A stretch of DNA of 63,307 bases, counting the filler, from Reticulomyxa filosa (Eukaryota; Protista; Foraminifera), in the NCBI GenBank assembly GCA_000512085.1. It is 19 parts of 19 records of this genome, joined end to end, with 100 filler letters (N's around TTAATTAATTAA, not from the genome) between each part and the next. Parts side by side here need not be neighbours in the genome. Positions count along the whole stretch, not along the records: positions 5,742 to 14,055 come from ASPP01033304.1; positions 14,156 to 15,709 come from ASPP01002516.1; positions 15,810 to 21,456 come from ASPP01005050.1; positions 21,557 to 23,755 come from ASPP01024809.1; 15 more parts are not named here. One strand, given 5' to 3'. Both the position numbers and the translations under genes were made by a program. This document shows positions 9,958-23,105 of this stretch, piece by piece (position 1 is the stretch's first letter; every line of letters begins with the position of its first letter). The notes beneath the pieces were generated by a model. It had not been told where the DNA came from. It made no database searches and saw only the letters and a program-made list of their open reading frames with translations.

Positions 9958-12900
9958 GTGTTTATTTCAGCACTTCTTCCAACATATGTTTTAAAACAGT
10001 TTGATGAAAGACGTACTTTTTGTTGTCTTAAACGCTCCAGTGAACTTCTTAGTGTTGTGCCCTTTTGCACGTTAACTTGTGAAAAAGAAGAGTCTGGAGT
10101 TAAAAAGGAAAGAAAGATCAATCAATATGAGGTATACTCTTGTTTTTTGCTATATAATGTGTACTATTTGATTGTTTGGTTTAGTCAGGAATTTACTGCA
10201 CAAAGCAGGCGTGAAACAAGCAATGAAGATTACCCAAACTTTCAAACACAAGCCATTGCCCTTCGTAAACATGCATTAGAACTGAAACGTAGTATATTGA
10301 GGATGTGTGGTAATCCTTTCTGTTTATTTTTTAATGCTGGTGATTGGCCTATCCCTCCACTATGTTCAAACCCCAGTTATCCTATTAATAACAAGAACAA
10401 TGGAGCCATCCTCAATGGCAAAGTTAATCCAAAAAATAGAACTAAAATGAACCAAAACACATGCTTAGAGAAAAGATCACTGCAATTACGAAATAACGTG
10501 GTTCAATTTTTGCATTTTTTGTTTCTTTAGTATTAGTATTGCCACATTTTATACCGATAACTCTTTTTTTTGCTAACACAACATTGTGCTTGCAAAATGC
10601 ACATTTTTAAGGGACGGGAACAGATAACATCGAATAACTGGCAGGAGGAAGAAAAAAGAGCTGATCAAATACAAGTTAAGTACTAACGGGATTTTTTACT
10701 TTGATTTTGTCCGCTTAATCAAAGATGCATCTTTACACAGATTGGTAGAGCCATTACGACAACTGAAAGTAAACTAAATGGAAACGGTGTTTGGGAAAAA
10801 GTTCTGTTCACTTTATGTTTACCAATGTTATGTCACATTTGATAATTTGTTGATTTACCATTTTTGTGTTTTCATTTGGGATAACAAATTGACAAAAAAA
10901 ATGTTTCGTTAGCACAAGCGAGATGGCAGTAAGCAAAAAGAGCTTGTGTATATTGAACAAGAAAATCCACGTGTGGATGGTAAACAAATCAACAGTGGAT
11001 TTATAGTGCAAACGATGGAAGAAAATATTTGTATATCCCTCCTGGTGACAAATGGATGGCGCACATAGTTTATCTACACTCCGTTTTGAAAGATTTAAGA
11101 TTTTTTCCAATAACAATGAAATATATAGATCGATGATCCAAATAATGAAGACATGACTGCTTTTCATAACTCCTACGTGCGACAAATGGAATTTGAAGCA
11201 GTACACGCACTTTATTTTTTCCTTCTTTCAATGCTCTTTTTCCACTTTTCTCAAGTGAAAGCTAAAAAACAAAATAATGAATGTGATATAGTTGACCGGA
11301 AGTAAAAAGTATGTTTATTACTATGACAGACATTTTCCAGGCAAAGCTGCCTCCAAAATTGCTCTTATAAAAGAATTGCTCGTAATGGAAAAAAGAATTT
11401 GCCCTTGGACAAATAATAAATGTGCCTTATTGATAACACAAGACGACAAGGTATTTCTCTCTTTTTATTTTCTCAAGCATAAATAACCAAATAGCAACAA
11501 AAAAAAGGTATCACCATTTGGTCATGTGGTCGGTTGGATTAATTTAGTTAAGCCAAAGTAAAAGAAACTTTTTTGTAGTTAATTGTCACACGGGGGCTAT
11601 TATCCACAAAAAAAAAACATGATCACAGACTCAATTACGAAGAAATGAAATATATCAGTTAAAACTGAATTGATATTGTTTATTTGTAAAAAATAAGGAA
11701 GTTGTAAGTAATGGAGCAAACGTTAAAAATAAAAAAACAACAGAGAACTGCAAAACCTGCAAAATGAAAACATACGATTGAATCAGCAAATTGAGGGACG
11801 GTCAGAATGTTATCAAACAATGGCTGACAATGAATCAAATTGCGAAAAAGAAATGGCAGATCTCGAAAAACGATTGAACAAAGTCAAGGAGAAAATAACA
11901 GAATACAAAACTCAACATAATAATTTAACAGTAAAATTGAACAGCAGTGAACAACAGAACAAAGAACAAGCACAGCGAATTGATTGTTTGATAAAAGAAG
12001 GTGACGAACAAAGGGAAAAAATCAGCACTTTGGAAAACGAAAAGCAGAAGCTGCAAGTACAGATTAAAAGTCTTACATTTGAAAATGGGAGACAAATAGA
12101 TGAATTACACAAACATCGCACACAATTGGAGTCTAGTTATCAACTACTGAAGACTCAATCCGATGATACCAATGCACAAAACAAAAAATATAAAAATATA
12201 TTACATACCCTTAATTCTGAAAAAGTCATATTGGACGACGAATTGGAAAGATACAAGCACCAATCCAATGAATTGAAAAAGTTGAACAAAACAAATATGC
12301 ACAAACTAGTCATTGTTTAACTTATTTGTTTGGACACATTTTTGTGAAAAGAGAAAAAAAAAATGCATTCAAATGTTATGATTGATGATTGTCATAAACA
12401 CAATACAAATGTTAGAACGAACGAACAGTTGGCTCATGAAGTGAAAGCCTTGCGAGGAAGAATTTGCAAATTGACAATAGGAGTTGGAGCAGAAAGTGAA
12501 TTCCCATCAATCAATCAGATTGCGATAACTTATGAAGCGATAAGCAGCAACGATCGATTAAATTTAACGAGCGAAATAATAAAACAGCTGAAGAAAGATG
12601 AAAGGATAAACTCAATGTACGAAAAGTCATTTTTGACAAGATTTGCACATTGTGTATCATTCACAATTTTAAAATTGTCTTATCAATTTGTAAAATCGTA
12701 TTGGGATCAGCAATTACAATATCTACAAAAACCGTTTGGATTATCAAATGAAGAAACTGCACAAAGATATTTTCAAACAATGTTTCAAGAGCAATTTCGT
12801 TCATCACTTAAACAATTATGTTCACGAGGAAAAAAGACTATTAATTCGGAATTGAAACAAGAAATTATTAAAGAAAATCAAAATTTTACGCATTTACTTA

Positions 12901-13325
12901 ATTCAATTGATGACCAAATAGCAGAACAAAAAGGAACGAGTGAAATAAACGTAAATAAAGATGAATTAATAGAGTCATGTTTACAAAGCATGTGGAGTTG
13001 TTTGTTATCAAGACCTTCTTTAAAACCTTATCCCTTAATGTTTACTTCCAATCCGCAATTCAATGATAAAATCAAATCTAAAAATCTAGCAATTACAGAA
13101 GAGCTTTCGGAACAAGATGATTGCAACAATATTGGCTATTTTACTTGGCCGGGTTTAGTTCGATCTGATAGTGGCCATCTGTTATATCCTGTTGCTGCTT
13201 GTCGTGATCATTTCCATGTTGGTAAGACGAGCGAAGAAACTCGTGCCGCAACCAATACACAGCGTAACTGCCCAGATATAGAGATGAGCAAAATTGGTCG
13301 CTCAAATGGAATTGACACTATTTAA
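9958..13325 (+). CDS. Multi-exon hypothetical protein with long coiled coil; 5' part degraded or uncertain
   Basis: Heptad-rich ORF 11778-12320 and a 320-aa ORF 12363-13325. Upstream ORF pieces lie on the same strand. Confidence 0.5.
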
Positions 13326-14237
13326 CAAATATTTTTTAAAATTAAAACAAAATAGAAATGAAATCGAACTTTTTCAAAATTAAATCTGGATAATTCGAAA
13401 TTTTTTAATTAGTTAATTGTGAGGTGAAAAAATACACAGGACTTTCAAGTCAGATATCATTTCCAAGCTTTTCTTATGAGAAATTTTTTTGGTAGGTCGT
13501 GGGTATCTCTGTCGTCCATAGTACATTTTGTAAATTATGGACTTGTAAGGAAGCACTAACTCGAAAGTGTAATACGAAATTTTACCTTGAGATTTTTTTA
13601 ATGGAATAAATTGAATAAAATTATACCAAAAAACTCAAAAGACAAACGAAAGAGTAAAAGTTGGCGAAAGAAGGAGTAAGAAAGTTCTTGGGAAGAAGAG
13701 ATCCATCACTTCAGAGCGAACCTTGGTTCTCCCCACAGACCTTATGATCTAAATGTAAAAAGAAACATCAGTCATTCAACCGCGAAGCATAGAGTCAAGT
13801 CTGAATATTTGCAAAAGATCTACCATAAAAAAGATAGAAAGGTAAGCAAGGTATTTTCCTACATACAGATAAATCGGCCTTACTTTTTGAAACAAATACA
13901 GTTTTGCTACACATTTAGAAATAATTAAATATCAACATTTTTTCATTTTTTTTTAGAGAGTTGTTTTTAAATCCTTGCATTTTCAATTCAGAGATTCTAA
14001 CTATCACTAATTTTGCAAAATTTTTGAGATGTTCCAAAGATAGATTAGTTGAATTNNNNNNNNNNNNNNNNNNNNNNNNNNNNNNNNNNNNNNNNNNNNT
14101 TAATTAATTAANNNNNNNNNNNNNNNNNNNNNNNNNNNNNNNNNNNNNNNNNNNNTTTTTTTTTTGGTAAATAAAGAGGATCAGCATTAAAAAAAAAAGC
14201 AACTGAAGCGAAAAAGGCTAAAAAAGAGTGAGGCAAT

Positions 14238-15170
14238 TCAAACTCGAGTTTGTGGCAAAGGATAAGTATTGATAACAGCGCCAAGCACACCTCCGCCATT
14301 GACATCATGTGATTGCAAAGGTTTGAGTTTCAAAGAGATTTTTTGGAAAACAGGAAGAGAATTTTTGTCCAAAGACTCCAACTTTCTCCAAAGTACGACT
14401 GGGATATCTTTTTCCGGACTTTTCCGGACCAAAGCAGCAATGGACTTAAGTCCAGGAAATTTCGATTTATTATAGTGTCCGAACTCGACCATTACGTCTC
14501 CGACCTGCAATCCCCCTTGATCGGCTCCGCCTGTCTTCACCAATTGCGTACAAATCAAAAATCCGTCTTCCAACACTTGTTGATTTGTGATATTGTTATT
14601 ATTGTTATTGTTACCACTAATGTAGTTTTCATTGTCTTTTCTTTCTTTGTTTATTTCATTTTGTTTGGGTCTTTCTTTTGGGACGTATTGTTGGCTTGGA
14701 TTTGCATTCGGGTTTTGATTTTGATTTGAAGAGTAACTGTGATTGTAATTTTGATTTTGATTTTGATTTTGATTGGAATGATATTTCGACCAATATTCAT
14801 TGATGGTCCCAATTCGATCGCTACTTTTTTCGTTATCCGTTTCTTGCAACTCGTGTTCTGAACAGGTTTTGCAACAAATCCTCGGAATTTGACAGTTCAA
14901 TCGCTGCGTGGAGTTGTCTTTTGGGATAAAGAGTAGTGTCTCCACCGCAAAATTACCTTCTTCGCATACGTCGTCACACAGACAACAACGGTTCATCTGT
15001 GGCCTCGCGGACAAATACATTTTCGCTGTTTCGTTCAAACTCGGTCGCAAGTCTTTCCATTCGCTGTCACTTGACGTCACTTTCAGTTTCCAGTTACTTA
15101 TCCAGTGTTTCGAGGTTTTCACTCTATAACCTGTTATATCTCCTTTTTTGTTTTCTTCTGCCTCTGGCAT
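14238..15170 (-). CDS. Cys-rich domain + N/Q linker + PSMD9/Nas2-type PDZ domain protein
   Basis: GGADQGGLQVGDVMVEFG...LKSIAALVRKS...LKLKP...GGGVLGAVI parallels the PSMD9 PDZ domain. N-terminal CCLCDDVC and CCKTC; intronless, 310 aa. Confidence 0.75.
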   Translation of the reverse strand: MPEAEENKKGDITGYRVKTSKHWISNWKLKVTSSDSEWKDLRPSLNETAKMYLSARPQMNRCCLCDDVCEEGNFAVETLLFIPKDNSTQRLNCQIPRICCKTCSEHELQETDNEKSSDRIGTINEYWSKYHSNQNQNQNQNYNHSYSSNQNQNPNANPSQQYVPKERPKQNEINKERKDNENYISGNNNNNNNITNQQVLEDGFLICTQLVKTGGADQGGLQVGDVMVEFGHYNKSKFPGLKSIAALVRKSPEKDIPVVLWRKLESLDKNSLPVFQKISLKLKPLQSHDVNGGGVLGAVINTYPLPQTRV

Positions 15171-15408
15171 AATTCGTCAATAACTCAAATCAATATTCCC
15201 AATTAAAAAAGTTGAACTTGTAAAAAGACCCTATTTACTTATTTTAAACTGTTCCATAAAAAAATTCAACTCTTTACAAAACATATAAGACAGCAATAAC
15301 TCTAATTGATAAAGATAATACGTTCATTCCGTTTGGACTACCTTTCAAATCAAACGTCAAAGAGGAGTACTAGTCAAACCAAAAAAACCTAGAGTTCATA
15401 AGGCATAG

Positions 15409-15709
15409 ATGACTTCACAAACCCAAAAAGATTTGCAGGAATGTCAACGTCTGTGTGAAGAATTGAAAGAAAAAATAAAGGATGTTCGACAGAACACAAG
15501 TGAGTGGTCTCCCCTCTGTCGTTTTCAAACCTGTAACAAAAAATAGCATAAAAAAACAAAAAAGGTCAGTCTTTATTGACCGAAACCGCAGGAAACACAG
15601 AAACAAAAACGTACGAGCCAAAACAAAGAGGGCTATGTACGGGTCACTTTGGTAAAATCTACGCGTTGCATTGGGGCCCTGACAGTCGTCACGTGGTGAC
15701 AGCCTCACA
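15409..15709 (+). CDS. GNB: Heterotrimeric G-protein beta subunit, N-terminal fragment
   Basis: Coiled-coil exon MTSQTQKDLQECQRLCEELKEKIK, intron 15500-15564, then GHFGKIYALHWGPDSRHVVTAS (compare G-beta GHLAKIYAMHW..DSR.LVSAS). Confidence 0.92.
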
Positions 15710-15809
15710 NNNNNNNNNNNNNNNNNNNNNNNNNNNNNNNNNNNNNNNNNNNNTTAATTAATTAANNNNNNNNNNNNNNNNNNNNNNNNNNNNNNNNNNN
15801 NNNNNNNNN

Positions 15810-18800
15810 CCATTACCATTACCGTTACCGGTACCATTGCTAGTTCCTGTTTTGGTAGTATTGGGCTTCTTCTTTTGATTAGCGCGCGTCTTTGGAGTTG
15901 TCTTTGCTGTGTTCGATGCTTTCTTTGGCGTTCTTTTGTTCGCATTAGTTGTTTGCGTCGCTGTTCCTGTTGTTCCCGTTGTTCCCGTTCCTTTCTTTGC
16001 TCCTCCCGTTTTCGCAGCTGTTTGTCCAGCTCCCGCTTTTTTTCTTTCAAACTTCCTTCCTTTCGTAACGTCGTTGCCTTTGCTTTGCCCTTTGGCTTTC
16101 CTTGCGTTTGGCTTTGGCCTTGGGTCTGCTTCTGAGTTTGATCTTGTGCTTCGTCTTGAGTTTTTGCTTTATCTGTCGTTTGCTTGTCTGATGATCCCGC
16201 TTTTGCGGCCGCTTGCTTCTTTCGAATATCGGGATTGCTTTTGCGTTTCTTCTTAGTTGCTGTCGTTGTTGTTGTTGTTGTTGTTGTTGCCGTTGTCGTT
16301 GCTGTGGACGCGGTGGTGGTCGAACTGTCCGTTGGCTTTGCCCCTTTTTTACGGACCAAGCTTGCACTGTTATTTTTGGGAGCCCCTTTTTTTTTGACAG
16401 TGCCGGATGCGTTGCCGTCATTGTTTAAGCCCCTTTTCGAACCACTCGCTTTTACGGCCTTGAGAGCTTCAGTATGGCCGATTTCCTTTGTTCCATCGTC
16501 TTTATTTGCTTTTGTCTGTGACGAAGAAGGAGCTTGCAATACTTCGTCCTTTACGTGGATTTCTGCTTTTCCTTTGTCCTTGGCTTCTTTCTTATCTCCA
16601 TTTTCTTCTTCTTTCTCTTGTTCTGGCTTTACTATTGTCGTCATTCTTGTGGATGCTACCGGGATTGCTTCTGCTGTCGTCTTTGCTGCCGCCGAAGTAG
16701 CACTGAACGCCAATGATCTGTTTGGCGTTTGGTATTGAACCTCGGCATGGGTGGCGGAACGATTCTTTTTTGTCGACTTTTTGGCACGCGTTGACAACGG
16801 TTTCTCTGACGTTGCGATGCTAGTATTATCATTAGCATCAGCATTCGCATTGACGTCAATATTGGCCTTGGTATCAAGCGCAGACGTTTCTTCGGTTGAG
16901 ACAGAGACAGAAGTAGTTGCAACCAAAGGGATGGCATCTCTTTGCATGGATGTATCATTCGCACTGGGATTGGTGACGAGAGAGCGCTGTTCCTGTGTCT
17001 CGGCGTTAGGGGACTGCAACAGTGGCGTGGATTGCGTGGCGTTCATGGGCTGCATTTTGATCTCTTCGAGCTGTTTGCTATCGATTGGAAGAGGGGCCAC
17101 GGCCTGGGTGGAAGACAGTGGAGAGGATATGAACAGGGGGTTTTCAATGATAGTATCAGGATGAAGCGGATCCTCTTTCACAATGGGTAACACAGCATTG
17201 TCAGGACCCGTTTTTTTGTCTTTTATTTTTGTCTTTTCGCGTGATGATTGGCTGTGAAGAGACAATTGGGATTCTGTGTTCATCAACTACTTTGTGTTTT
17301 TATTGTTATTTTTTCCATTTAAGTTGAATTAGCTTCCCATTTGTTATTATATACATACACATATACATACACATATACATATACATATACATACACATAT
17401 ACATATACATATACATATGCATGCATATATACATATCATAACAAATATAATCAATAACACACAACTGACAAAAGACCAGAAAGCGAAAGTACACCATCAG
17501 TACTGATAGCATCTTGCACCAACATTTGTTCCAATATTTGTTTCAATTTGTCCTCATTGGTTTCAATGTTTGGATCATCCAACACTGAGGTGATATCTGG
17601 AAGGGATAATGCTCTTTTTTTTTTTTCAACAGGCGGAGTATCTTTTTTGGCGTCAAATTGCAAATGCAAGCTCTTGTTCATACCGCTTTGTCTTGCGGAT
17701 TGTAATTCATTACTGGCTTGGTCATCTGCCGCTGTTGCCTGAACGTCGGCTGATTCTCCAGAGGATGCAAGTTCTACTTCGAGCACGACTTCGGTGGAAT
17801 TATTCGTTTGTACAGGGGCTTCCAACAGCTCGGGATGTTCGAGTATTTCCTCCTCCTCCTCCTCCTGGGGCTGGATTTCTGTGGACAAGTGTTGTTCATC
17901 AGATAAAATGACCACAGGTGCCACAAGTGGCAACTCCTCAAAGAACAATATTCGCCACAACGTAAACGAAAGGCCCAAATACGATGAAATTAGCGACACA
18001 ATGATTGTTGTTGAAAATTGGGTATTCGTTCGCAATATCACATAATATTGCAACACAAACGAAGGTAAGTCCACGTACAAAAAATCCTATTCATCACAAT
18101 TCCGTCGCCAATTTGCGTACGTCCAAGTACGTATGCGTACATTACTGGTTAGAGATTTACGTAAAGGTATATGTATACGCATCATATATACGTGTATGTA
18201 TATATGTATATACATGTACATATATAAATGTGTATTATAAACATACCCAAAGTTTGAGTAGATAATACTCAGTTTCCAAGCGTGCTTCGTCATGGTGCAG
18301 ACGCATGATCGACTTCAATCCATAAAACACTCTCCCAACGCCCAACAAAACCAACAATTGATGTACGAGTCGATTCTCACGATATGAAAGTGCCTTTGGT
18401 GCTGCGTCATTTGTATCTGGCTCATCCCAAGAGCCCATTCTTGATAATGCAAACTCTACATCCTTCTCATTATCGGCATCTCCGTTTGCATCTGTCTCCG
18501 TCTCAGGCTGGACATGCCCGTCAGTCTCGGCCTCAGTCTCAGCTTCGATTTCGGCGTCGGCTTCTTCGATTGCGTCATTGGCTAAGTCTCTTGTGCTTGT
18601 CGAACCTATGGTGGCTATACCTATCGTCGCCGTAGTGGCCACACTTGTTTCCGAAGTTGCTATCTCTTGGGCATGGTTATCCGGCTCTGGGTTCACTTCG
18701 GCATGCTCGCCACCTGTTTCTGAAAATATCTCGCCATTTGCTCGGTTCGAAGGATAGCGCGAATGAAACTGCAAAATTTCATCGTCGTCATTGGCCCTCG

Positions 18801-19118
18801 TATCTATATCGCTTCGTTTCACCGACTTCAATCGATATGTTTTCACTTGCTTTATGTAATAAGCTGACACCACTTGGGACAACACAAGGATCCCCAATTG
18901 AAATGACGCCCACACGTATGCATGTCCACGGAACCACACAACGACGACGTTTAGATCTTTTTTTTTTTTTATTACAATCAAAATTAAAATAAAATTATCC
19001 CTTTTTTTTTTTATGTAGTAACAATTTCGGGTCAAAAAAAGAATAGACAAAAGGGTCAATCAAAACTGGTGACCAAATCCATAACAAAAAAATACACTCC
19101 ACCAACAATTAATGCCAT
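15810..19118 (-). CDS. XK-related (scramblase-like) membrane protein with a very long low-complexity tail, spliced, 3' incomplete
   Basis: MDLVT..LNVVVVWF..AYVWASFQLGILVLSQVVS, LLGVGRV, YLLKLW and DLPSFVLQYYVI..SLISS follow the XK family motif order. Whether the 510-aa ORF 15810-17286 belongs to the same gene is inferred. Confidence 0.55.
17350..17436. repeat. Intronic (ATATAC/ACAT)n microsatellite
   Basis: atacatacacatatacatacacatatacatatac... seen directly in the sequence. Confidence 0.85.
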
Positions 19119-19326
19119 TCTATTCAAAACATTGCACGCATCTCATTTTTTTTTTTTTTTTGGAGAACCCCAGACCTTAAAAACTATGTGTACGTAATTG
19201 CCTTAAAAAAAAAAACTCGAAAATTCTGGGTTTTTAGTCAATCACAACTAAAATTTTGGCGTTTTTTTTTTTTGCAAAAGGTTAAAAAAAAAATTGTCAA
19301 ATTTATTTTTGGTTGTTGTCATTATA

Positions 19327-20351
19327 CTATTTGTTGCCAACAAACCGGACAAGGCGCTTTTTCTCCCCCAAAGCGAATAAAGACAAGAGCGGAACCAGTA
19401 AATAGAACATTTGACTCCAAAATACAATGAGGACCCAATTGACACCATTTTGGACATTTAGCCAAATGATCAAGCTGATTGCATACGCAAAGATAACAAT
19501 GACGAATTTGGACAAAGCGATTATGTACAAGGCCCACAAGCCAAAAGGAAGAATCACACTTCCAAAAACGTAAAATGTTATGCTTCCTGAGTGAAAGTCC
19601 TCCTGTCGATACACCCAACCAAATGCACAAACAATTGCGAAAGGGACTGTGATAATGCCAAATAAGAAGCTGTACTGATCATTTGAAAACCGTTCCAAAA
19701 GTGGTAATTCATAAATTTCGTCACCTTTTTTTTAAAAAAAAAGAAGCTGGTACAAGGAATGGTATACACTTTTTTTTTTTTGTCTCCCCTTTTTTTTTTT
19801 TTTAGTATATGAACTTGCAATGAAAGTAACATAAAATGGAAAAAAAAAAAAAACTGTTTTGATTGTGCAATTCAATTTGTCGAAGAAGACGTCTGCGCTT
19901 CCTTTCTTCAGCCTTTTTTCGAGTTCCTCGATTGGCACCAAGTTACACTCTTCAAGTCGTATTCACTGTACATGATCATGCTGAGCAGCGATACGAATAT
20001 AAAAAAGTTGGATACGAATAACACCACAACCACCCATTCAAATGCCACCGTCGTGTTTGTAGTCCATGTCCAACATGCAAAGACTAGTGCTGAGAATAAG
20101 CAAAAGCATAAATGTGAGAGTATCCAACGATTTATTGCGTATGTTATATGCCGCGATTTTTTCCCGAGAATATAATTAAACGCAATTAATATAAACACTA
20201 CTATTAGCACTGCCCCTGCACTCAATGCTCGCATCGTTGACAAAGTTTCCCATTTCAGCTCCGAGAAATGTGGTAAAAAGTTGAACGCATCTCCATTCTC
20301 ATTTTTTTGCTGACCTACGGCTTCATTTGTAACATACAACATGCGCAGCAA
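19327..20351 (-). CDS. Multi-pass membrane protein, 2 exons, family unassigned
   Basis: Two ORFs rich in hydrophobic segments, separated by an A/T-homopolymer intron-like gap. Confidence 0.55.
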
Positions 20352-20754
20352 AAAAAAAGCCCTTCACATTTTCCTTTCTTCCACGCTGTAAACTACACAT
20401 CACACATATTTCTAAAAATGAAAAAAACAAGAAACTTGTTGTATTTGACATTTGGCTTAGTTGCGTTGTCATTGTGGTTGGAAAAAACACTTCCCTAGAG
20501 GGGGGAAAACGCAACCAGTTTTTGTTTCAAAAAAATTTACAAGTCATAGCAAGATAATATAAAATTTGATGTTAAGAAGCGAATGCCAAATATTCTAAAA
20601 GATATTGAAGGCTGCTCATTTTTTTTTTAAGCTCGTTTATTTTTAGTCCTAAAGAAAACTTTTTGGAAAAAGGACATTATTTCGTTCTTGTTGCAAAACT
20701 TCAAACTAGTTTATTGCGATTAAAATGCGAAAACGAACTGAAAACTTTGAAAAT

Positions 20755-21336
20755 TTACATATCTAAGACCACAAACGATAGACATAGCATAACAACCCAT
20801 AACGTAGCACGAAAAGCTCCACTAACGGCAGCAGCAAAACCCAATCGACCGTTTCCAATGTCAAAGACAGTATACCATTCTCTCATAAATACGTCACCCA
20901 ATATCCACATCGGCTCTGTTGAAGAAAAGACAATAAACAATGAGGACAAGGAACAAAGGAGGCGCATAAAATGCAGCTTCAAACAAGACAAACAAACGAA
21001 GAGCCTTTTTGTGTACTGTTTACAAACCGCCGTGATTATCGTAAAAATTTCCTCCTTGAACTCCCAAAATGCAAATTCCATCACCCAACTGGTATCGGTA
21101 GCTCGCAGATGAAACTGACAACCATTTTTGAGACGTACCAGCTCCTAAAGAAAAGCTGATGTCAGGAAGGCTCGCGGTACAAGACACGATCCAAATATCG
21201 TAGGTCGAGTTATATTGCGCCCCCAATTTAGTGGCCAAGTTGAAAACGTCACTTTCTGGTCCAATCAAGTAACTGGTCCCACTGTCCACAATTGCAATCT
21301 TCGCTGATGTATACGTAGTTTTACTGTTTGACAATC
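20755..21336 (-). CDS. A1 (pepsin/cathepsin D-like) aspartic protease, C-terminal lobe with hydrophobic tail
   Basis: [13 protein letters not shown] catalytic motif, [13 protein letters not shown] and [25 protein letters not shown]. Confidence 0.95.
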
Positions 21337-21409
21337 TGTTGTTTTGTTGTTATTATTAGATCAATTTCTTAGTATCCATTACATATGTTTTCACAAAACA
21401 AACTCATAC

Positions 21410-21442
<33 letters not shown>

Positions 21443-21634
21443 CCCCCTTTTTTTTTNNNNNNNNNNNNNNNNNNNNNNNNNNNNNNNNNNNNNNNNNNNN
21501 TTAATTAATTAANNNNNNNNNNNNNNNNNNNNNNNNNNNNNNNNNNNNNNNNNNNNTAATTTACAAACTTTATGCTTTATATACTGAAAAATACTTAATT
21601 GATCTGCCATTAATATTGATAGTATTTCAGAAAA

Positions 21635-22202
21635 TCAAGGACCGTTTTTTTTCTCATATAAATAGTGTCCATCATTGCTACTCGGCTTATCAAGTAATTT
21701 CGAGTTTAACGGTTCAGAAAAACGCGGTAAATAAGTTCCTTGACGTTTCTCCAAATACGCTAATGTGATAGTATACTCACCGGGATATTTTTCCATTGCT
21801 TGAAAACCTACTCTTTTAAATCTAGCTTTACAATAATCCACATACATGACGGATCAGACATATCTGGGAGAAGAAATTTTTTACATCGTGTTCTTTGTAA
21901 AACGTCGTAAAAAGTCATTTTACCATTTTTAGATTCCCCAGTCAAATGATCAATAATCGCTGAATCGTCGAAATAACAAAAAATATGTGGATTATACGCC
22001 AGAAACGGTTTTTGACTCAAAATAATTGAATTTTGATGAGTTGCTATTTGATCATCATCACTAATTTCTTCGGTGTCAGCATTGTTTTCTCCCTTGGTCA
22101 AACGATCGAAATCATCTATTACCGAAAAAACATTTACATTATTAATGCCAAGTATATCCAAGTTTGTTCGGGTACTGAAGAATTTGGTTGAGACTTAGAC
22201 AT
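21635..22202 (-). pseudogene. Intronless frameshifted hypothetical gene, possibly viral
   Basis: ATG at 22202. Overlapping ORFs 21808-22161 and 21635-21847 join by frameshift; no splice signals seen. Confidence 0.4.
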
Positions 22203-22338
22203 TGTTTTAGTTTTTTAAAGATATTGAAAAAAGTTAAACTAAAAAAGATAAAAAACTGAGAGTAAATAATCGACTCCTTTTTTCAAAAAATATTCACTTT
22301 TTTTTAAATGACTCTTGTCTACGAAGTTTGTCTTTCGA

Positions 22339-23105
22339 TTATTCAAGGCCACAAACTTTTTTTGGTGGAAATCTTATTCCTAGTTCACAAGTTGTTTGAA
22401 GAGTTGCTCCATATTTATCTTTATTAGACCAAAGATCTGTAAACTTCAGCATTGCTTTTATATAAGACCCTTCTTTAATATCTAATAAATTGTTTGGTGT
22501 AAATTTAGCGTTATGGACCATTTCTAAAGAAACAGGGTCTTTAATAAAAACTTCGTTTCTTTTAATTTCACAGTTGTCACAGGAATCGATATTTTAATTA
22601 AATCATATCCATCTCTTTTATCTTTCCTAACTAATTCTTGAAAGCAATCGCTGATTCTAATCTGTTTATCTCTAGAGTTCATTAACTCATCTTTCGAAAA
22701 AAATTCTTCGACATTGTTAATACCCCATTCTTTGATAAAACGTTCAGATTTAAAACAAATTGTCTAAAAATATGAAATTGATTCGCTTCATCTTCATCAT
22801 CTGGTGTTACAGGTCCTAGCGGTTCTGGTAAAATAGCGGTCAATGCATACATATAGAGAGGTCATAAATTGGCTTTGTCGACATATTGACCTTTTTTTTT
22901 TGATTTATCAAATGTATGTGCACATCTGTACTGTGAAATTGTGCTGTGTTGTTTTTGTATCGTTTTTATATCGAAAAGAATAGTATTGCAATCTTTTAAA
23001 TTGCAATGTAACATCTATCTTTAGAATTAAATAATTAAAAAAAATGCTACAAATTGAGGAAAAATGGGATGTTAATTCCTTTTTTGAATTGTCTTTGATG
23101 CGCAT
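22339..23105 (-). pseudogene. Decayed ssDNA-binding protein-like gene (T7 gp2.5/NCLDV OB-fold type)
   Basis: Joining frames gives ERFIKEWGINNVEEFFSK...FQELVRKDKRDGYDLIKISIP...LLDIKEGSYIKAMLKFTDLWSNKDKYGATLQ, which resembles the giant-virus SSB C-terminal pattern (KGS.V.A......W...K.G). Confidence 0.5.
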
